Assembly (NCBI GenBank): GCA_900542295.1
Contig: UQNJ01000005.1
Span: 51,162-115,161, forward strand
Length of the DNA: 64,000 nt
Source: an uncultured Eubacteriales bacterium
GTDB lineage: Bacteria > Bacillota > Clostridia > Peptostreptococcales > Anaerovoracaceae
Reading direction: 5' to 3'
Below the pieces are notes generated by a model, which was not told the origin of the DNA, did no database searches, and was given only the letters and a program-made list of their open reading frames with translations. The number at the start of each line of letters is the position of its first letter. The first letter of the stretch is position 1. This document shows, piece by piece, positions 17,691 through 27,043 of the stretch. A program made the translations under genes and the position numbers.

Positions 17691-19640
17691 TTACATCATT
17701 TCCATAGCTTCTTCTTCACTTATTATAGGAATGTTCAATTCTTTTGCTTTCTTGTTCTTTCCCGATGAAGAGGAAAAGTCATTGTTTATCAAATAAGAAG
17801 TCTTTGCGCTGACCGAACCTGCCACTTTGGCTCCTGCCTGCTCCAGTGCTGCCTTAAGGGCATCACGGTTTTCGTAATGTTTAAGGCTTCCTGTTATAAC
17901 AAATGTAAATCCTTTCAGCTTGTCGTTTCTGTCTTCTTCCTTCTGGTCAAGCCTTATCTCTCTTATAATGTCTGAAACAATCCTGCGGTTTTTCTCACTC
18001 TTAAAGTAATCGCAGAAACTTCCTGCCATAACTTCTCCTATCCCGTCGATTGATACCAGCTCCTCAAAAGTCAAGTTTTCTATTCGTTCCCACTTATTGT
18101 GACAAAATCTTGCTATAAGCTTGGCATTTGCTTTCCCTATACCCGATATGCCAAGACTGTAAAGCAGCCTTTCAGGTGTTGTATCTCTGGCTGCTTCCAC
18201 CGAACGGCACAAGTTTTCAAAAGATTTTTTTCCGAAGCCTTCCATCTCTACAAATTCTTTTTCAAACCTGTCGACATGGAACAAATCTGCCAATTCCCTC
18301 ACAAGACCTGCCGAAACTAATTTTTCAATTGTACTCTCGGAAAGCCCTTCTATATTCATTGCGTCTCGCGATACAAACAGCGAAAGAAGCTTTATCTGTT
18401 TTGCAAGGCAATCAGGATTTATGCAGTGAAGAGTTCTGACACCGTTCTCGCTTTCTATCTCTGTTTTTTCTCCGCAAACGGGACAGACCTCAGGTATCTC
18501 TGCCGAATTGCTGCCTGTAAGGTTCTGAGCTATCTGAGGAATTATCATATTTGCCTTATAAACAGTTATCCTATCACCTGCTCCAAGTTTCAATTCACGC
18601 ATAACGCTTATATTGTGGACCGAGGCTCTGCTTACCGTAGTTCCTTCAAGCTCCACCGGTTCAAATACAGCTACAGGATTTATAAGTCCTGTTCGCGATG
18701 CATTCCACTGTATCTCCCTAAGAGTTGTTTCTCTAATCTCGTCTTTCCACTTGAACGCTATTGAATCTCTTGGAAACTTAGCCGTCTGCCCTAAGGATTT
18801 TCCGTATTTTATATCGTCATATGTCAATACAAGCCCATCCGACGGTATAGGGTTTTCTTGTATATTGTCAGCAAACCACTTGACTGATGTTTCCACTGTC
18901 TCAGAATCAACCGAACTGTAAAAGACACATTCAAATCCCTGACCGGAAAGCCATTCCATCTGCTGCTCTCGTTTCTGAAACTCAAGTCCTTCAGCTGATA
19001 CTAACGAAAAAGCATAGAATTTCACATTTCTTTCCGCAGTTATACGGCTATTTAGCTGCCTTACGGAACCGGAACACAAATTTCTCGGATTTTTATATTT
19101 CTCTCCCTCATCTTGAATTGAGTCATTTATTTTTTCAAAATCATCATAAGATATTACAGCCTCGCCCCTCAGAACAAGGTCTCCCTCAAAATTTATCCTT
19201 ACCGGCAAATTTGCAAACACCCTTGCATTGCCGGTTATAACCTCACCTACTTCACCATTTCCTCTTGTAACTGCTTTAAAAAGCTGTCCGTTCTTATATG
19301 TCAGCACTATCGTAAGTCCGTCTAACTTCCACGAAAGCAATCCGGTCTGTGACCCAAGCCATTCTCTGAGTCTTCCTGTGTCTTTTGTCTTGTCTAACGA
19401 AAGCATTCTCACAGGATGGGCTTCCTTGGGAAGAGATGACAATACTTCATATCCGACATTGATTGTAGGACTCTGGGCAAGAACTATTCCTGTCTCTCTT
19501 TCCAGCTCCGCAAGCTCGTCATAAAGCTTGTCGTACTCGAAATTAGTCATTATTTCACGGCTCTCCTGATAATATGCTCTTGCCGCATTGTTTAAAAGCT
19601 CCGTCAATTCCTTAATTCTGTCCGTTTTCCTTTTATCCAT
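17691..19640 (-). CDS. ligA: NAD-dependent DNA ligase
   Basis: 649 aa with adenylation KxDG motif (WKLDG), OB fold, Zn-finger, HhH and BRCT segments. Confidence 0.95.
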   Translation of the reverse strand: MDKRKTDRIKELTELLNNAARAYYQESREIMTNFEYDKLYDELAELERETGIVLAQSPTINVGYEVLSSLPKEAHPVRMLSLDKTKDTGRLREWLGSQTGLLSWKLDGLTIVLTYKNGQLFKAVTRGNGEVGEVITGNARVFANLPVRINFEGDLVLRGEAVISYDDFEKINDSIQDEGEKYKNPRNLCSGSVRQLNSRITAERNVKFYAFSLVSAEGLEFQKREQQMEWLSGQGFECVFYSSVDSETVETSVKWFADNIQENPIPSDGLVLTYDDIKYGKSLGQTAKFPRDSIAFKWKDEIRETTLREIQWNASRTGLINPVAVFEPVELEGTTVSRASVHNISVMRELKLGAGDRITVYKANMIIPQIAQNLTGSNSAEIPEVCPVCGEKTEIESENGVRTLHCINPDCLAKQIKLLSLFVSRDAMNIEGLSESTIEKLVSAGLVRELADLFHVDRFEKEFVEMEGFGKKSFENLCRSVEAARDTTPERLLYSLGISGIGKANAKLIARFCHNKWERIENLTFEELVSIDGIGEVMAGSFCDYFKSEKNRRIVSDIIREIRLDQKEEDRNDKLKGFTFVITGSLKHYENRDALKAALEQAGAKVAGSVSAKTSYLINNDFSSSSGKNKKAKELNIPIISEEEAMEMM

Positions 19641-19662
19641 ATCTTTTCCTCACTTACAGGGC

Positions 19663-21891
19663 TTAAATTTTCTTTAGAGGCGCAATGCCCTTTGCCAGTT
19701 TTTTTCTTCCTACACTGTCAAACATTACAGTAACAGTTTTGTCATCGGTTTCAAGAACCAGCCCCTCACCGAATTTTCCATGACGCACCATGTCTCCTGT
19801 TTGAAAGTTCTGCATTCCCGATGAAGCATTTTGTTTTGCGGCTATCTTTGCATGAGCAAAAGGATCGTACGGCTTATACGGTGTACTTGATGCGAATCCG
19901 TCAAGGCTTCCCGTGTCTGTTCCCACAGACCCCCCTTTTCTGCTTTTAGGTACATACACCATATCGCCGGCCGGGTCCAGGACCTTCGGGTCAATCTCCC
20001 TCAAAAACTTGGACTCTCTTGTATAATCACCGCTGCCATAAAGTACACGATAAGCGGCACTTGTCAGAAACAGCCTTTCCTTCGCCCTTGTAATTCCGAC
20101 ATAGCAAAGCCGTCTTTCTTCTTCAAGTCCCTCTTCGCTGTCCATTGCTCTATGACCCGGAAAAAGACCGTCTTCCATTCCCGGCATAAACACCACTGGA
20201 AATTCAAGTCCCTTTGCACTGTGCATAGTCATCAGCGTCACCTTGCCTGACTCCGATTCGTACTTATCCGCATCTCCGTCGGTAGCAACCTTCTCAAGAA
20301 ACTCTTCAAGAGTAGCCGCCTCTCCTGCTTCAGCTTTTTCCTTTTCAAAATCGTAAATAAACGATTTAAAATCCAGCAGATTTTCTATGCGTCCTTCCGC
20401 CTCCGGAGTGTTCTCATCTTCCAGTGCTTTCATATATCCAGTTCTTACTATCAGGTTATCGTAGATATCCAATATTCTCAGGTTTTCTTTTTCTCTTCGG
20501 CAAAGTTTTAAGGTTTCGGTCATAGCTCTTACGGAATCACGAGACTTGGCAGGTAATCCTGCTATTATTTCAGGGTCTGAAACAGTTGTTAGCATAGATT
20601 CTCCCCTCACCATCGCAAGCGCCCTGAGCTTTTCTATTGTCTTTGCTCCTATTCCTCTCTTAGGCTCATTTATTACTCTGAGGAATGCCATCTCATCCTC
20701 CGGATTTGAAACAAGCCTCATATATGAGATCATGTCTTTGGTTTCTTTTCTCTCATAGAAGCTGAACCCTGAAAGTATCTGATAAGGTATTCCTCTTTTT
20801 TTTAGTGCTTCTTCAAAAAGCCTTGACTGAGCATTGGTTCTGTAAAGAATTGCAAAATCGTCATAGCTTCTCTTGGGGCCTTCAAGAAAACTTATTTCCC
20901 CTGCTATGTACCTGGCTTCCTCCTTGTCGTTCTCCAATCGTGAATAGACGATTTTATCTCCGTCATCACGGTCTGTCCAAAGTTTTTTTGCTTTTCTGCC
21001 CTTGTTGTTCTTTATTACAGAGTGTGCCGCAGCCAGAATGTTACCGTATGAACGATAATTCTGCTCTAACTTTATCACCTCAGCTGCCGGAAAGTCTTTC
21101 TCAAAGTCGAGAATATTTCTTATATCGGCACCTCTCCATTCATATATACATTGGTCGTCATCTCCCACTACGCATATGTTTTGATGCTCCTTAGCAAGCA
21201 ATTTAATTATCTGATACTGAATATGATTTGTATCCTGATATTCATCTACCATTATGTACCGGAATCTGCTTCTGTATTCTCTCAGTATCACAGGATTATC
21301 TCTTAAAACATGCAGGGCATTTCTCAAAAGGTCATCAAAGTCCATCGCATTGTTTTTTTTCAGTCTCACCTGATATTCCCTGTACACTTTATATATTACT
21401 TTGCTCCTGAAATTTTCTCCCTCTCTTTTGAGATACTCCTCCGGTCCTCTGTCTGCTTCCTTTTCTTTACTTATTATTGAGGCTAAATAGTTTATCGGGT
21501 AATCCTTGGTGTCGATATTAAGGTCTTTAAGAATATTTTTGAAGAGTGCCTTCTGATCCACTGTATCATATACTACGAAGTTCTTTGCATATCCTGCCGC
21601 TTCAAAATATTCTCTGAGAATTCTCAGACTCATTGAATGAAACGTCAGTATCCACATCCCCCTACATGAAACTCCTAATTTTTCAACTCTCTCTCTCATC
21701 TCCTGAGCTGCTTTATTTGTAAAAGTTACTGCAAGTATATTATAAGGGCTTACTCCCTGTTCAATCATATATGCTATTCTATGGGTCATTGTTGCCGTTT
21801 TGCCGCTTCCGGCGCCTGCAAGTATCAGCAGCGGCCCTTCCATATGAACGGCCGCTTTCCTTTGCTCTATATTAAGATTTTCCAGATTCAT
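19663..21891 (-). CDS. pcrA: ATP-dependent DNA helicase PcrA (UvrD family)
   Basis: Walker A GAGSGKT and helicase motifs. The C-terminal tail reads GDMVRHGKFGEGLV. The pcrA-ligA order is conserved. Confidence 0.95.
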   Translation of the reverse strand: MNLENLNIEQRKAAVHMEGPLLILAGAGSGKTATMTHRIAYMIEQGVSPYNILAVTFTNKAAQEMRERVEKLGVSCRGMWILTFHSMSLRILREYFEAAGYAKNFVVYDTVDQKALFKNILKDLNIDTKDYPINYLASIISKEKEADRGPEEYLKREGENFRSKVIYKVYREYQVRLKKNNAMDFDDLLRNALHVLRDNPVILREYRSRFRYIMVDEYQDTNHIQYQIIKLLAKEHQNICVVGDDDQCIYEWRGADIRNILDFEKDFPAAEVIKLEQNYRSYGNILAAAHSVIKNNKGRKAKKLWTDRDDGDKIVYSRLENDKEEARYIAGEISFLEGPKRSYDDFAILYRTNAQSRLFEEALKKRGIPYQILSGFSFYERKETKDMISYMRLVSNPEDEMAFLRVINEPKRGIGAKTIEKLRALAMVRGESMLTTVSDPEIIAGLPAKSRDSVRAMTETLKLCRREKENLRILDIYDNLIVRTGYMKALEDENTPEAEGRIENLLDFKSFIYDFEKEKAEAGEAATLEEFLEKVATDGDADKYESESGKVTLMTMHSAKGLEFPVVFMPGMEDGLFPGHRAMDSEEGLEEERRLCYVGITRAKERLFLTSAAYRVLYGSGDYTRESKFLREIDPKVLDPAGDMVYVPKSRKGGSVGTDTGSLDGFASSTPYKPYDPFAHAKIAAKQNASSGMQNFQTGDMVRHGKFGEGLVLETDDKTVTVMFDSVGRKKLAKGIAPLKKI

Positions 21892-22009
21892 TTATATTCT
21901 TACTCCTTACCGTATCATTTTAGGCTTTTCTTTTATGTCTGATTATATCATTTTTACACCTTATTTTCTACCGCAAAATACCGGAAATACTGTTCTGTCC
22001 AATCTTCAA

Positions 22010-22039
22010 TAATACGAAAAGCCGCCATTGCGGCGGCTT
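22010..22039 (-). terminator. Rho-independent terminator downstream of the asnC-like gene
   Basis: AGCCGCC-ATTG-CGGCGGCT hairpin with a U-run on the minus strand. Confidence 0.6.
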
Positions 22040-22105
22040 GCTTGATGAGTTATACTATGGATTTTTTATTCTCACCGTGTATTATACGGTTTTTCTTTGA
22101 TTGTT

Positions 22106-22534
22106 CTACGGTCTGTCTAAAATAGTGGAAAACACAACGGAAGTCTCAGTCTTCCCGAATTTTTGAAGTTTACCCATAAATGCATCCAATAATCCTGTCG
22201 AAGAAAAAATTACTTTAAGAAGCATTGAATATTCTCCCGTTATATGATTTCCCTCCAGAACACACTCGTGTTTGTTTATGAAATCATAAAATTCCTGACT
22301 TTTTTCGGGAGGTACACTTACCAATATAAATGCCTTTATTCCATATCCCAACTTCTCCATATTAAGTTTGGCATGAATTCCTTCTATATAACCTTCTCTT
22401 TCCAGCTTATCTATTCTTGCCGCTACTGCAGGGGTAGTTAAAAATACCTCTGAAGACAGGTCTTTCAAAGACATTCGGCCATTAGCCCTAAGTGATTCTA
22501 TTATTTTCAAATCGATTTCATCAAGACTTTTCAT
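22106..22534 (-). CDS. Lrp/AsnC-family transcriptional regulator
   Basis: N-terminal HTH LDEIDLKIIESLRANGRMSLKDLSSEV and a RAM domain. 142 aa. Confidence 0.85.
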   Translation of the reverse strand: MKSLDEIDLKIIESLRANGRMSLKDLSSEVFLTTPAVAARIDKLEREGYIEGIHAKLNMEKLGYGIKAFILVSVPPEKSQEFYDFINKHECVLEGNHITGEYSMLLKVIFSSTGLLDAFMGKLQKFGKTETSVVFSTILDRP

Positions 22535-22537
22535 TTT

Positions 22538-23773
22538 CTATAATCCGCATCTTGCCATTGCTGTCTTAATCTTAGCCGGCATGAGCCTGCACTCCTTTTC
22601 AGTATTGGATGAAACAGATACTCTGATTCCCTGTCCTAAAGTTACTACATAGACATTATCCTTCTGAAGTTCTTCGCTCACTTCTTCTGCCTTAGCGCAT
22701 GGAACAGTTATGAAGAATCCTGAGTCATAAGGGCATATTTTAAGGTCTGCTGCAGCAGCCCCCTCCATAAAGGCTTTTCCTCTCTTTTGAAGTATCTCCA
22801 TATAAATATCACGCTCATCTGTGACACCGGCAAAAAGCTCTTTATTTCCCATTATGTCCGAAAGAACGGTCATCGCTGCTCTATTTCCGTTTGACCAGGA
22901 ACCCCTACATTCCACACTCATAATATCTTTAAATTCTTTAGCTGTCTCTTCATCAGGAGCCATGCAAATCAATGCACCTAATCTCATTCCATACATAGTA
23001 TATCCTTTTGATGCGGAGAAGGCAATAAGCGGAAGCATATTTGCAGGCGGATTTTCAAGCTTTTTAAAGAATTTTCTGTATTCTGCAGCATCACCTGCAA
23101 AATCCAGATATGCTATGTCTGTCAAGATCACAACCTTTTTATCATGAAGCTTCTTTACAACCGAAATCAAATTATCCCAATCCTCTAATGTAAAAGTATA
23201 TCCTGTGGGATTGTGTGCAGGAGTATTTACAATTACCAGAACCTGCTCCTGAGTTTCAAGCAGTTTCAGAAGAGAATCTTCAAATGAATCGACATTAAAT
23301 TTACGATCATTGTCAAAAAGCTTGTATGTAGTAATTTCCCTGCCGATTTCTGAAGCAATTATGCTGTATGGGCTCCAATGCCAGTCGGAAGTCAAAACCT
23401 TATCACCGACAGCAGTGTATGCAGATATTGCATTTCTTATGGCTCCCGTTCCTCCGGGAGTATAGCAGGCCTCAAGAAAAGAGTTCGGCATCTCATCAAG
23501 GAAAACCGCCTTTTTAACTGCTTCTATATAGTCAGGTGTTCCAAGAATAGGTGCATAAGCCGCATAATCCTCCGGTTTAAGTTTATGTATACATTCGGTT
23601 ACAGAGTCTAAAACCACTAAATCACCGTCATCATTCATCAACACACCTATAGTTGAATTTATAACATTATCTCTGCCTAAAGCAGCAGTCTTTGCCTTAG
23701 CCTTCTGAGAAACTCCAAATAATTTATCGGGTGCTCCTATATTTTTTCTTCCGTTTTCTTTTGCGAAAATCAT
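22538..23773 (-). CDS. PLP-dependent aminotransferase class I (aspartate/aromatic aminotransferase type), paralog of 58644-59891
   Basis: PLP-lysine motif SASKGYTMYGMRLG. ~411 aa. The start is taken at MIFAKENG after RBS AAAGGAG. An upstream ATG at 23791 is also possible. Confidence 0.8.
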   Translation of the reverse strand: MIFAKENGRKNIGAPDKLFGVSQKAKAKTAALGRDNVINSTIGVLMNDDGDLVVLDSVTECIHKLKPEDYAAYAPILGTPDYIEAVKKAVFLDEMPNSFLEACYTPGGTGAIRNAISAYTAVGDKVLTSDWHWSPYSIIASEIGREITTYKLFDNDRKFNVDSFEDSLLKLLETQEQVLVIVNTPAHNPTGYTFTLEDWDNLISVVKKLHDKKVVILTDIAYLDFAGDAAEYRKFFKKLENPPANMLPLIAFSASKGYTMYGMRLGALICMAPDEETAKEFKDIMSVECRGSWSNGNRAAMTVLSDIMGNKELFAGVTDERDIYMEILQKRGKAFMEGAAAADLKICPYDSGFFITVPCAKAEEVSEELQKDNVYVVTLGQGIRVSVSSNTEKECRLMPAKIKTAMARCGL

Positions 23774-23794
23774 TCTATCTTCTCCTTTCATTTA

Positions 23795-25201
23795 TTAAAC
23801 AGGATATGCTTTATTTTTATAATCATAAAGAGTTGTATCTATTCCCTTCCTTGCTGCTTCTCGCCTTTCAAAAAATTCAGACGCTACCTGCGGGAACATA
23901 GCATATGTGAGAATGTCCTCTGTGCAGGTCATATAGTTTCCAAGTTCCCTCCGCAGTTTTTCAAGCTCAGGCTCTATCAGATCTGCCGGTCTCACATCAA
24001 CCGGATTTTCATCTCCAATTGCGTTTCTCTGAACTTCAATGTTAAACGGCTTTATGGTTTTTCCATAGTCGCCGTGCAGAAAAGCTTTCGTTTCGCCTGA
24101 CATCAATTTATATCTCTCACCGCTCAAAACATTGAGCACCGCCTGAGTTCCAACAATCTGAGAAGACGGCGTTACAAGAGGCGGCTGCCCCAAATCTCCG
24201 CGAACTCTCGGAATCTCTTCCATGACTTCATAAAATCTGTCCATCGCTTTCTGCTCTTTAAGCTGCATCATCATATTTGACAGCATTCCTCCCGGAACTT
24301 GATACACCAATGTATTTATATCCACACCCAGTACTTTTGGATTTATTCGCCCTTCATCAATAAGTTTATCCATTATTTTTCTGAAATAGTTTGAAACCTC
24401 CATCAACATATCAGTGTTAAGCATAGGGTCCTTAGCTGTACCTTTATATATCTGTGCGATCACCTCGGTAGCCGGCTGGCTGGTTCCCATGGCAAACGGT
24501 GATATGGCCGTATCCACGGCGTCACATCCTGCTTCTATACCCTGAATGTATGTAACAGGTGCCATTCCTCCCGTACAGTGACTGTGGAGATGAACCGGTA
24601 TTTTGATTCTGCTCTTTAAAGATTTTATTATTTGATTTGCCGCAGCAGGCTCCAAAATTCCTGCCATATCCTTTATACATATGGAGTCGGCTCCTATACT
24701 TTCCATATCTGAAATAAGATTCATCCAATATTCGATATCATATCCGTCTCCTGTCGTGTATGCTGCTGCAAGCTGAACCTCCGCACCCTCTTTTCTGGCA
24801 GCCTTAACTGCCGTCTCCACATTTCTCAAATCATTGAGAGCATCAAAAATTCTTATTATATCTATTCCTTCTGAAACAGATCTCTTTACAAATGCTTCAA
24901 CTGTATCATCTGCATAATGCCTGTACCCGAGGAGATTTTGCCCTCTTAAAAGCATTTGAAGCTTACTGCCACTTAATCCCTTTCTAAGCTTTCTCAACCT
25001 GTCCCATGGGTTCTCGTTCAGAAATCTCAAAGATGCGTCAAAAGTAGCCCCTCCCCAACATTCTATGGAATAGTATCCTACTTCGTTCATTGCATCAAGA
25101 ATAGGTTCCATCTCTTCTGTAGTCATTCTTGTTGCGATGAGTGACTGCTGAGCATCTCTCAAAACAGTTTCGGTTATCTTAAGTCTGTTATCACAATTCA
25201 T
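23795..25201 (-). CDS. Oxaloacetate-decarboxylase-alpha-type carboxyltransferase (pyruvate carboxyltransferase/HMGL-like + conserved carboxylase domain) lacking a biotinyl domain
   Basis: The N-terminus LKITETVLRDAQQSLIATRMTTEEM...IECWGGATFD is typical of the OadA/PycB/transcarboxylase 5S subunit. 468 aa ends before any AMKM biotin motif. Confidence 0.8.
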   Translation of the reverse strand: MNCDNRLKITETVLRDAQQSLIATRMTTEEMEPILDAMNEVGYYSIECWGGATFDASLRFLNENPWDRLRKLRKGLSGSKLQMLLRGQNLLGYRHYADDTVEAFVKRSVSEGIDIIRIFDALNDLRNVETAVKAARKEGAEVQLAAAYTTGDGYDIEYWMNLISDMESIGADSICIKDMAGILEPAAANQIIKSLKSRIKIPVHLHSHCTGGMAPVTYIQGIEAGCDAVDTAISPFAMGTSQPATEVIAQIYKGTAKDPMLNTDMLMEVSNYFRKIMDKLIDEGRINPKVLGVDINTLVYQVPGGMLSNMMMQLKEQKAMDRFYEVMEEIPRVRGDLGQPPLVTPSSQIVGTQAVLNVLSGERYKLMSGETKAFLHGDYGKTIKPFNIEVQRNAIGDENPVDVRPADLIEPELEKLRRELGNYMTCTEDILTYAMFPQVASEFFERREAARKGIDTTLYDYKNKAYPV

Positions 25202-25212
25202 AAATTACTCCT

Positions 25213-26337
25213 TTAAACTCCGAATACGGACATGAACACACCTGCCGCTACGGCTGTGCCTATAACGCCCGCCACATTTGGCCCCATTGCGTGCATAAGT
25301 AAAAAGTTCGTCGGATCTTCTTCTGCACCTACCTTCTGTGCTACCCTTGCAGACATAGGTACAGCTGATACTCCTGCCGCTCCTATCAGAGGGTTTATCC
25401 TGCCTCCGCTGAGTCGGCACATTATTTTTCCGAAAATGACACCGGCAGCAGTGGCGATACAGAATGCCGAAAGTCCCAGCACCACAATCTTTATGGTTTC
25501 CCACTTAAGAAAAGCTTCTGCACTTGTTGTCGCACCTACCGATGTTCCCAAAAGAATCACAACTATATACATCAGTCCGTTAGATGCTGTCTCTGTAAGC
25601 TGTCTTACGACTCCGCTTTCCCTGAAAAGATTGCCAAGCATCAGCATCCCTATAAGCGGCGTAGTTGACGGAAGAAGAGAACAGACTACTATAGTTACGA
25701 TTACAGGAAACAATATTCTTTCTTTTTTGCTTACCTTTCTAAGCTGCTGCATCTTTATGGCTCGTTCTTCTTTAGTCGTCAGTGCCCTCATAATAGGCGG
25801 CTGTATTATTGGAACCAGCGCCATATAAGAATATGCAGCTACAGCAATAGGCCCCATGATATCACTTTGGCCAAGCTTCATGGCAAGAAATATGGAAGTA
25901 GGTCCGTCAGCCCCTCCTATGATTGCTATGGCTGCGGCTGCGGCCTTATTAAATCCCAAAAGCATTGCCAGTATATATGCCCCGAATACTCCGAACTGCG
26001 CTGACGCGCCAAGCAAAAAGCTCTTCGGATTTGCTATAAGAGGTCCGAAATCCGTCAGTGCGCCAACTCCCAAGAATATAAGAGACGGCAATATGGCCCA
26101 CTCATCAAGTTTGAAGAAATAATAAAGCAGTCCTCCTTCTTGCATGATAGGCGGATAAATATTTACAAGAAGCATTCCGAAAGAGATTGGAAGCAAAAGC
26201 AGGGGTTCATACTTTTTTACTATGGCAAGGTACATAAAGAAACACGCAACTCCAACCATAACTGCATTCCCAAAGGTCAGACTGCAAAATGCTGTTTGCC
26301 TCAGCATATTCTCCAATGTATTCGTTATATATTCCAT
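25213..26337 (-). CDS. Na+-transporting decarboxylase beta subunit (OadB/GcdB/MmdB family)
   Basis: 374-aa polytopic membrane protein with a beta-subunit-like N-terminus and overall profile. Confidence 0.8.
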   Translation of the reverse strand: MEYITNTLENMLRQTAFCSLTFGNAVMVGVACFFMYLAIVKKYEPLLLLPISFGMLLVNIYPPIMQEGGLLYYFFKLDEWAILPSLIFLGVGALTDFGPLIANPKSFLLGASAQFGVFGAYILAMLLGFNKAAAAAIAIIGGADGPTSIFLAMKLGQSDIMGPIAVAAYSYMALVPIIQPPIMRALTTKEERAIKMQQLRKVSKKERILFPVIVTIVVCSLLPSTTPLIGMLMLGNLFRESGVVRQLTETASNGLMYIVVILLGTSVGATTSAEAFLKWETIKIVVLGLSAFCIATAAGVIFGKIMCRLSGGRINPLIGAAGVSAVPMSARVAQKVGAEEDPTNFLLMHAMGPNVAGVIGTAVAAGVFMSVFGV

Positions 26338-26349
26338 AACTGTTTTCTC

Positions 26350-26721
26350 CTATGCCACTACAGCAATTTCCTGTCCCATGTCTACTGAATCGCCTTCTCT
26401 TACAAAAAGCCTGTTGACTCTGCCGTCACAAGGAGCTACAACCGGTATCTCCATCTTCATTGACTCCAAAACCAATATACTGTCGCCTCTCTTTATGTTA
26501 TCGCCCTCTGAGGCAACTATCTTCCATACTTTCCCTGCGGTTCCCGCTGTCACCTTACTTCCATTTTGCGGTTGACTTTCCTTTTCCCCGATATTTTTTC
26601 TCACATCATGCCTGCTTTCTCTGCTTTCAGTCATGTCTATTCCTGTATCGTTTGCCTCACTTCTTTTTTCCACTTCCACTTCGTATTCCACTCCGTTGAC
26701 TCTTATTGTATACTTCTCCAT
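26350..26721 (-). CDS. Biotin carboxyl carrier protein (biotinyl domain) of the decarboxylase complex
   Basis: The C-terminal biotinyl domain has the motif ILVLESMKMEIPVVAP (biotinyl-lysine in the MKM context). A Pro/Ala-poor linker lies upstream. Confidence 0.8.
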   Translation of the reverse strand: MEKYTIRVNGVEYEVEVEKRSEANDTGIDMTESRESRHDVRKNIGEKESQPQNGSKVTAGTAGKVWKIVASEGDNIKRGDSILVLESMKMEIPVVAPCDGRVNRLFVREGDSVDMGQEIAVVA

Positions 26722-27027
26722 TTATTTGCCTCTCTTTCTGATTGTTCTGACTACATACTCATCAAGGTTAAAATCTTCCTGATTATTTGCATTTTCCCTG
26801 TTAAATGCAGCAATTGCCGCCCCTATAACTGCCATTATCTCCTCTGAGCCTGTATTTTTTTCCTCTTCTCTGCCTGTTTCTTCTGCCTGATTTTTAGAAT
26901 TTTCTTTATCCGGCATGAATTTAAACAAATATATTACAAAGCTAATAATCATAAGTATTAAAAAAACTGTTCCCATGCCCAGCAACGTATCAACGCCTGC
27001 CGACTCAAGTATCTCCATTACAGCCAT
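26722..27027 (-). CDS. Decarboxylase gamma/delta small membrane subunit (OadG-like)
   Basis: A single TM helix GMGTVFLILMIISFVIYLF followed by a charged tail. The start is at MAVMEIL after RBS AGGAGG, just downstream of the preceding stop codon. Confidence 0.65.
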   Translation of the reverse strand: MAVMEILESAGVDTLLGMGTVFLILMIISFVIYLFKFMPDKENSKNQAEETGREEEKNTGSEEIMAVIGAAIAAFNRENANNQEDFNLDEYVVRTIRKRGK

Positions 27028-27043
27028 GTGCTCCGAGCCTCCT

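Noticed and set aside
25205-25504. 99-aa minus-strand ORF overlapping the 3' part of the decarboxylase beta-subunit gene in another frame.
   Set aside because: It lies entirely within a well-supported membrane-protein gene. Its Arg/Cys/Ser-rich composition is typical of an out-of-frame artefact, and there is no RBS.
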